Source: Bacteroidaceae bacterium (GTDB lineage Bacteria > Bacteroidota > Bacteroidia > Bacteroidales > Bacteroidaceae). From it: DNA of 64,000 nucleotides. Each line of letters begins with the position of its first letter. Within the stretch, counting starts at the first letter, position 1. Positions 58,265 through 64,000 of the stretch are shown here, piece by piece. The translations under genes were made by a program, and so were the position numbers. The notes below the pieces were generated by a model. That model searched no databases. It was not told where the DNA came from and was given only the letters and a program-made list of their open reading frames with translations. The stretch lies in the NCBI GenBank assembly GCA_024680695.1, contig JAILBW010000033.1:1068-65067 (forward strand). The letters run 5' to 3'.

Positions 58265-59459
58265 CTTTGTCCTTCACACAGCGAATCAGGACATGCGCTT
58301 CATCCCGCAGAGTGGTGGCAAAAAGATATACATCCCCTCCATCATGCAGACGCAGGCGCCGCCGAAGTGCATCACTCGTGGATGGGAAGTTTCGCAACGT
58401 GACATTAGCCTGTTTTACATCATGCAGAAGACACTTCAACCCACGCTTGTCGAAACGACTCCAACCAGCAATACGGAATGCGCGACCCGGGAAGTCCGTC
58501 ACTCGATGGCGACTAACGTAAAGATGACTGTGAGGATGCAGCTTCCCATCAAGTGGAAAACGGTGGCACAATGCATCCTGCACACCAGCCTTTAAGATGC
58601 TGGCATTCGGCTCGTAGAGGAACCCATCTTCAGGCAAAGTATCGATGAAATGAGGACTTTTTGACACTCTTACATCGTCCAAACCAATCGAGAAGACGGG
58701 ATCAGCACTATGCAGATTCGCGCAGAATACTCGGCAATTCTTGTCCGGACTCAGAACGAACAGAAGTTCCTTGCACTCACCATTCGCCGAAACAACGTGC
58801 ACCTCCGAGACACAATGCAGGACACGCAGAGCGGCAGCAATATCCAGCATGGGAGATAGTTTCACCATTACGACAGGAGCCGCACGCAGAAGGGCATCCT
58901 GAAGTTGCAGGATATTCGGACTGCATTCCTCGATTAATACAGTTTTCTTGCCTTTCTCATCACGCCTGGAAGGATCTATAAAAAGGAAAGAGAAGTGGCG
59001 TCGCAGGAGAGGAGAGTCGATACTGACAGCTGCATTCTCTATCTCTGCCTGAGCAAGCCCAAGTAAAGAAAAATTATGATGGGCGACTGTGCAAAGCTGC
59101 TCTTGCTGTTCCACGTATAATGCCGAAGAAAAGCAGGATGCAAGAAAACTGAAATCGACACCCACCCCCCCCGTAAGGTCACCCATCATTCTTCGGCTAT
59201 CGGCTTTAGGCATTAAGCGTTCCACGACCTCACGTTTGTAGATCGCCGTGGCTTCGCTACTACATTGTTCTAAAGCCAGTCGAGAGGGATAAATCAATCC
59301 GTCGCAGGCAGCCCAGGAAGGAAGTTTACGACAAGCCGTCTGCCAGCCCTCTATCTGTTGTAAACAGAATTTGAGATCTACACCTTCAGGCACTTGCTGG
59401 AAGGCCAGCGTGTGCAGATTCCCGTTTCGATGTTTCTGGATGTATTCCTCGCTCGTCAT
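58254..59459 (-). CDS. Class-I SAM-dependent methyltransferase with a THUMP-like C-terminal domain
   Basis: DLTGGVGVDF SAM-binding motif and family-typical length of about 400 aa. Confidence 0.6.
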   Translation of the reverse strand: MTSEEYIQKHRNGNLHTLAFQQVPEGVDLKFCLQQIEGWQTACRKLPSWAACDGLIYPSRLALEQCSSEATAIYKREVVERLMPKADSRRMMGDLTGGVGVDFSFLASCFSSALYVEQQEQLCTVAHHNFSLLGLAQAEIENAAVSIDSPLLRRHFSFLFIDPSRRDEKGKKTVLIEECSPNILQLQDALLRAAPVVMVKLSPMLDIAAALRVLHCVSEVHVVSANGECKELLFVLSPDKNCRVFCANLHSADPVFSIGLDDVRVSKSPHFIDTLPEDGFLYEPNASILKAGVQDALCHRFPLDGKLHPHSHLYVSRHRVTDFPGRAFRIAGWSRFDKRGLKCLLHDVKQANVTLRNFPSTSDALRRRLRLHDGGDVYLFATTLRDEAHVLIRCVKDKVSQ

Positions 59460-60382
59460 TCCGCATCCAAAATTACAGAGGCTCTATGACAATCACTCTC
59501 GATATGCCGGCGTAGCTCGTCTGTGGAGGTGAATTGCCGCTCGTCACGGAGTTTCTGTACCACTTGAACCTGCAGCTTACTATGATACAAATCACCGATG
59601 AAATCAATCAAAAAGACCTCCACGGAGACGTCGTTTCCATTCTGTATCGTAGGACGATTGCCCACGTTGAGGACGCCCTTCCGCCAAGTACCATCAGGTA
59701 GCAGCACTCGAACAGCATAGACGCCGCACGCAGGAAGGAGCTTTTCGGAGGGGACTTGCAGATTTGCAGTAGGATAACCTAACAATCGACCCACCTTGTG
59801 CCCTTCAACCACAACACCTTGTATCACATAGGGATGTCCAAGCATATAAGTAGCTTCAGCCATATTTCCGCATCGTACAGACTCTCGAATCAAACTACTG
59901 CTGACTCTTTCCCCTTCCAATGCGTGCGCCATAACGATTTCCAATCCCAATTCTTGTCCCCATTGCATGTACTGCTCAGCAGTTCCTCCACCATGCCCAA
60001 AACGGTGGTTATAACCCATCACAAGGGCTGCAACACCAAAGCGTTTCATCAGCACCTCGCACATAAAGTCCTTCGCCGTCATTCGACTAAGTTCCTCCGT
60101 GAAGGGAAGTATTTCGATATGCTCAACACCTGAGCTTTGTAGCAAAGCCCTCTTCTCGTCCAAAGTTGATAACAATTGTGGTGCCGAATCTGTTTCCACC
60201 ACTTGACGAGGATGACGGTCGAAAGTGATGAGCATAGGAGTCAATGCACGCTGACTCGCAATTTCCCGCAATTGCGCAATCAGACAAAGGTGACCGCGAT
60301 GTACCCCATCAAAAAAACCTATTGTGGCGATATTATGGCTCATTTTCTTCTCATCATCGTTAAAGACACAGTCCGAACTCAT
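59456..60382 (-). CDS. ribF: Bifunctional riboflavin kinase / FAD synthetase
   Basis: IGFFDGVHRGH and the kinase block GYPTANL. Its stop overlaps the downstream start (ATGA). Confidence 0.9.
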   Translation of the reverse strand: MSSDCVFNDDEKKMSHNIATIGFFDGVHRGHLCLIAQLREIASQRALTPMLITFDRHPRQVVETDSAPQLLSTLDEKRALLQSSGVEHIEILPFTEELSRMTAKDFMCEVLMKRFGVAALVMGYNHRFGHGGGTAEQYMQWGQELGLEIVMAHALEGERVSSSLIRESVRCGNMAEATYMLGHPYVIQGVVVEGHKVGRLLGYPTANLQVPSEKLLPACGVYAVRVLLPDGTWRKGVLNVGNRPTIQNGNDVSVEVFLIDFIGDLYHSKLQVQVVQKLRDERQFTSTDELRRHIESDCHRASVILDAE

Positions 60383-60740
60383 ATGTTTTTATAGTCCTTC
60401 TTGTATACATCTTTTCGTTTTTTTCTACTCCTCATTCTTTCAACCCTTCTCCAACATTTCGCACCCCCACTTCGCTTCCTACATTTCAATTCCCTTTCTT
60501 TCCACGCACTTATTTACAAAAGTCATTTTCCACAACTTTCTTTCTGCAGCTTTCTTTTCGTAACTGCCCCCCTTTCTGGAAAACCTTTCTTGATTCTCTC
60601 ATCATTTATGCTACGTTTTCGCACATCGCACAATCGTATTCATGACATTCACACGGCACTCTTGGCCCGCAAAGTTACTCAAATATCTAATTCTATACAA
60701 ATTTTAACTCCTCACATTTGCTTATTCCGAATAATAGTCT

Positions 60741-60748
60741 TAATTTTG
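60741..60748 (+). promoter_or_regulatory. -7 promoter element TAATTTTG for the tRNA
   Basis: 29 nt upstream of the tRNA 5' end. Confidence 0.55.
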
Positions 60749-60776
60749 CAGTCGAATTCATGTAAGTGAATTCAAC

Positions 60777-60850
60777 GGACTTGTAGCTCAGTTGGTTAGA
60801 GCAACAGACTCATAATCTGGAGGTCCCAGGTTCAAGCCCTGGCTGGTCCA
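60777..60850 (+). tRNA. tRNA with CAT anticodon (elongator Met or Ile2); CCA not encoded
   Basis: Manual cloverleaf: acceptor GGACTTG/CTGGTCC (one T-T mismatch, one G-T), D-arm GCTC-AGTTGGTTA-GAGC, anticodon loop CTCATAA, T-arm CCAGG-TTCAAGC-CCTGG. Confidence 0.8.
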
Positions 60851-60862
60851 CATTGAAAATCA

Positions 60863-60897
60863 AGCACTTACAAAGATTTGTAGGTGCTTTTTCTTTT
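60863..60897 (+). terminator. Rho-independent terminator after the tRNA
   Basis: 11-bp stem AGCACTTACAA/TTGTAGGTGCT followed by TTTTCTTTTG. Confidence 0.75.
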
Positions 60898-60898
60898 G

Positions 60899-61007
60899 TT
60901 TGCGAACAATTTGCGAACAAAACCACAATCTATGAATACCAATATCAACTTCCTGCAAATATAGTCTCACTCATTTTGTTCGCAAAAGCATCAATTTTTG
61001 TTCGCAA
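60899..61007. repeat. Four copies of TTGCGAACAA: two direct (60899-60920, period 11) and two inverted (60976-60986, 60998-61007, period 22)
   Basis: Direct reading. Lies immediately 3' of the tRNA terminator. Confidence 0.85.
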
Positions 61008-61192
61008 GGCACTTTTCGACGTATTACTCAGTAATATCAGTAACCTTTTTCAAAAAGAGCATGATTTGTACCAAACCTGCATACATCCTGCTGATATTGT
61101 CCCCTAAAACTAATAAGGTTGTTGAAAAACGGAAAAATTTTATACACGTTGTGTATAAGCAAATTTCCCCTGAAAATTAGTTCAAATTTGTT

Positions 61193-61223
61193 TTTGCCAG
61201 TTTGAAGAAAAAGTGTACCTTTG
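61193..61223 (+). promoter_or_regulatory. Complete Bacteroidota promoter TTTG-N19-TACCTTTG
   Basis: -33 TTTG at 61193-61196 and -7 TACCTTTG at 61216-61223. Confidence 0.6.
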
Positions 61224-61229
61224 CAGCCA

Positions 61230-61769
61230 AATTTATAGGTTGGCCTATAGTTCCCGTAGGGGCAGGGCAAGCTAACTGTAGCCTTGTTGGTTGGGAACGT
61301 CCATTTGGTATGAGCCGTATGGCGAATACGTTAGAGGCGAAATCCTGAGAGGTGTGAAAGCAGAAGTTAAGCGATGCGAGTAATGCCGTTAGCGTAGGGA
61401 TGGAACCCAGGAATGAAAAAACAGACTTACCACCTGTCTTCTCCCATTCCCGTTTACTGGATTTGGCAAGAATACTTTCTTGCGTTAGTTTTCAAGTCTT
61501 CGGAAGATGCTCCGGAGCAAATTTAAAAGTAAACACAGGCACCATGCCTGGATGGAATGTTAAACCAGTTAATGCGTTTTCACGCAGAGAGGAGATGTTA
61601 TGCACACCATTAAAACAGTAAACCAGTAAGAGTGCACTCGAAGTGACTTTTACGCATGTATAGTGACTCGAGTACAGTCGCTCTATTATCCTTTCCTTAT
61701 CTTTTCCACAGAAAAGGTGAGGCTTAATGGCGTATTGCCATAAGTGTAACCAATCAAAAAGAATTTATC
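61230..61769 (+). ncRNA. Candidate large structured RNA or highly structured 5' leader (class unknown)
   Basis: About 540 nt between the promoter and the first ATG with no credible ORF. At least 10 local hairpins, e.g. 61234-61249, 61466-61483, 61536-61550, 61573-61586, 61635-61672, 61695-61722, 61723-61744. Confidence 0.4.
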
Positions 61770-62273
61770 ATGAGTTTGGATTTATATATCAAGACGAACG
61801 CACCCGTTATAAAGCGTGGTACAGGTGTCTATGTCAGAGAAGATGGCAAGAATAGAGAATTAAAGACAATGGCAGAAGTGCAAGAGTATTTTCCGGATGC
61901 AGACCTGTCACAAATAAAAGTCTTTGAATATGAAACTAATGATGTGTGGCATGAGAACATCACACATAATATGAACAAGATGGCGGGTCAAGTTCCCATA
62001 GGAGTACATACATTGTACGAGTATCTCTGGCGTCCTGATGAAATCGGTATTACTCATATTACCCGAGAATATGCTGTTGCCGTTTTCAACGGACTGATGT
62101 ACATGAAGGAGCATAAGAAAGACCTTCTACCTTTCGAGCCGCCCATCAATCCTGAGACGGGAACACGTTGGGGTTCCTATGATCTGTTGGTGGAATTCTG
62201 TGCTTCTCTTGTCGATGCCATCATGTCCATCGATTATACTAAAGAACAATACGAGCTTTATGCAAGTAGATAA
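61770..62273 (+). CDS. Hypothetical protein (167 aa), no family recognised
   Basis: ATG-initiated ORF, protein-like composition, first gene of a tightly spaced co-directional set. Confidence 0.55.
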   Translation: MSLDLYIKTNAPVIKRGTGVYVREDGKNRELKTMAEVQEYFPDADLSQIKVFEYETNDVWHENITHNMNKMAGQVPIGVHTLYEYLWRPDEIGITHITREYAVAVFNGLMYMKEHKKDLLPFEPPINPETGTRWGSYDLLVEFCASLVDAIMSIDYTKEQYELYASR

Positions 62274-62300
62274 TGATTGAAGAGTAAAAAAAACAGAGCT

Positions 62301-63173
62301 ATGAAGATTGAAATAAAGAAAAAAGAAAAATACTATCAAGATGCGTTAATATGGATGGGCTACCGATACGCCATCGGACTGTCTGAGTCCAACAGCTATG
62401 GGAAACGAGCCATTGAGCAATTAAAGGTTTTTCGGGACATTGAGTTTGACACTCCCGAGTTTCACGCTTTGGCCACAGAGTTCGCCCAATTCCTAAAACG
62501 CAAGAAGATAAAAGATGTGATGGACTTAAGGCAGAAGATGTTGGAGTCTGACCTCATGTGGTATTCAGCCCACTATGGTATAGGACGGCATAGTTATGCA
62601 GCCAGCCACTGCCATGATATCATTCAATACGGCACAGATGTTCTCTCGCCTGAGAGACAGGAGTTCCTTGCCTTTGACATCAGAAGAGAATTGTCCACGT
62701 ATCTTAGTTGGAGCACTCCATTTCGGATGCCAATAGATGGAGAGCGCACCATAGATCCGATAGATGCATTCCTTAGTTTCCTCCGAGATAACGATATCAA
62801 GACATCTGAAGATTTGGCAGAGTACGAGGAGATAATGGTCGTCGCGGAGGATAAGGGAAAATACTCTTATTATGTGAGGAAAAGACCAGAGGATGCTGAG
62901 AAGCCATACATTCTCCCATTCGGATTTGAATATAGTGATTACTTTGGATGGGCCGACCTTGCATCATTCTTTGATCCGAAGTTCCACAAACGGGTGTTGC
63001 TTCGCAATGAAGGTAAGGAGGAAGTGGTAGAGTGCTTTGACTCATGGCAGTATCAGACTCATTCTGCCGACGGATTCCCGTTCATGAAGGTAAAACGGCC
63101 AGTAGATGGATATAGGCATTGGCCTTACGGGGTTTACATACCCGAAGAGTATATAGTAAAAGAATTAGATTAA
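62301..63173 (+). CDS. Hypothetical protein (290 aa), no family recognised
   Basis: The ORF is open from TTG 62277; the first ATG is at 62301. Protein-like composition. Confidence 0.55.
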   Translation: MKIEIKKKEKYYQDALIWMGYRYAIGLSESNSYGKRAIEQLKVFRDIEFDTPEFHALATEFAQFLKRKKIKDVMDLRQKMLESDLMWYSAHYGIGRHSYAASHCHDIIQYGTDVLSPERQEFLAFDIRRELSTYLSWSTPFRMPIDGERTIDPIDAFLSFLRDNDIKTSEDLAEYEEIMVVAEDKGKYSYYVRKRPEDAEKPYILPFGFEYSDYFGWADLASFFDPKFHKRVLLRNEGKEEVVECFDSWQYQTHSADGFPFMKVKRPVDGYRHWPYGVYIPEEYIVKELD

Positions 63174-63179
63174 GAAAAA

Positions 63180-63758
63180 ATGAATTATAAGTTTAATGAA
63201 GAACATACGTTCTTTACATCAGATACGCACTTCAACCATGCGAATATCATAAGTTTTTGTAATCGCCCGTTCAAGGATGTAACGCAGATGAACGAGACTA
63301 TGATAGAAAAATGGAATAGTGTGATAGGAGTTGATGACACGGTTTTTCACTTGGGCGACTTCTGTCTAGGTGGTGCTGCTGAATGGATGAAGCTACTGGA
63401 TCGTTTGAATGGTAAAATATATCTCATTATGGGCAACCATGACCTGAAGAACATCCGCCAGGGATTCATTCATAGGTTTGAGCATGTAGCGATGCAGTTG
63501 CACATCGAAGTCGGCAAGCAGAGAATCTATCTCTGCCATTATCCCTTTCTGTGTTTCGATGGCAGCTATAAAGATGTATGGCAGCTATTTGGACATGTCC
63601 ACACAAGGAAAAATAACACAGGAATAGATGCAGGACGACTCCAGTATCTGTACCCGACGCAGTATGATGTTGGAGTGGACAATAACAACTTCACCCCTGT
63701 ATCCTTTATGCAGGTGAAGGGGATTATAAAGAAGCAAGTAAAACAGAATAAAGAATAG
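63180..63758 (+). CDS. Small calcineurin-like metallophosphoesterase
   Basis: SDTHFNH, LGDF, GNHD and GHVH motifs in the canonical order; 192 aa. Confidence 0.75.
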   Translation: MNYKFNEEHTFFTSDTHFNHANIISFCNRPFKDVTQMNETMIEKWNSVIGVDDTVFHLGDFCLGGAAEWMKLLDRLNGKIYLIMGNHDLKNIRQGFIHRFEHVAMQLHIEVGKQRIYLCHYPFLCFDGSYKDVWQLFGHVHTRKNNTGIDAGRLQYLYPTQYDVGVDNNNFTPVSFMQVKGIIKKQVKQNKE

Positions 63759-63762
63759 AACA

Positions 63763-64000
63763 ATGAAGAAGAATATTCCTATATTAAAGTACAATGACCT
63801 CAAATACCTCATGGCACTTGACAGCAGTGACCCATTTCATGGGATAATCATAGATGACGCCTCTCTTTCCGTCATGCTCAGAATCGAGCAGACCATGCAG
63901 CGACTTCATCCTATGGGTGACGATGACATCCGCTGGATATGGATAGAGATCAAGGCACTAGGCAAGCGCTATCGTACAGAAGACGCAGACCAGAACGGCA
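63763..64000 (+). CDS. Hypothetical protein, partial (runs off the right edge)
   Basis: ATG 4 nt after the previous stop; open to the window end (MKKNIPILKYNDLKYLMALDSS...). Confidence 0.45.
   Translation, partial: MKKNIPILKYNDLKYLMALDSSDPFHGIIIDDASLSVMLRIEQTMQRLHPMGDDDIRWIWIEIKALGKRYRTEDADQNG

Larger units (their letters stand above)
60851..64000. mobile_element. Candidate integrated element (prophage/ICE fragment) abutting the tRNA 3' end; continues beyond the window
   Basis: Sharp drop in GC (by eye about 30-45%), tRNA-adjacent position, unidirectional tightly packed small ORFs with no recognisable housekeeping function. No integrase is visible in the window. Confidence 0.35.

Noticed and set aside
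61340-61405. TPP-riboswitch-like words in the candidate RNA (CTGAGA at about 61344 and TAATGCC..AGCGTAGGGA at about 61381-61399).
   Set aside because: The other required elements are missing. There is no GGGGTGC / ACCC P2 pairing around CTGAGA. No CCTG-type strand pairs with GTAGGG to form P4. The P5 helix around TAATGCC does not close. The genetic context (island ORFs, no thiamine genes) does not fit either.

Overview
This is a Bacteroidota chromosome segment, most likely a high-GC member of Prevotellaceae. The evidence is TTTG/TAnnTTTG promoters, no Shine-Dalgarno sites, lipoprotein lipoboxes, T9SS C-terminal sorting domains and a PorT-like gene. About 56 kb is densely packed housekeeping and glycan/peptide-utilisation genes, roughly 58-60% GC by eye. 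They include ribBA, an LptF/G permease, GH3, GH5, a GH78-like enzyme, DPP-IV, purD, dusB, a U32 peptidase, three tandem FKBP isomerases, a DUF2723 giant membrane protein and ribF. There are two tRNA genes with CAT anticodons. I saw no rRNA, CRISPR array, transposase or integrase. The most interesting part is the right end. After the tRNA at 60777-60850, composition drops to roughly 30-45% GC. That stretch holds a promoter-driven, ORF-free, hairpin-dense segment of about 540 nt (61230-61769), which is a candidate large structured RNA or giant leader. It is followed by a tightly packed operon of unrecognised proteins plus a small metallophosphoesterase, so it looks like an integrated element with uncharacterised cargo. 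Other notable points:
- A single in-frame TAA splits a ligand-binding-domain/legumain-like lipoprotein.
- One ORF looks chimeric (transmembrane regulator N-terminus joined to a T9SS cargo C-terminus).
- An 87-bp unit carrying a complete promoter is tandemly triplicated.
- A low-GC islet carries a CAT-like acetyltransferase plus hairpin arrays.
- An in-frame helicase-associated-like extension sits on purD.
- A pervasive family of 7-8-nt microsatellites and mosaic hairpin (REP-like) modules sits exactly at gene boundaries.
All functional calls come from reading motifs in the supplied translations. No database search was run.
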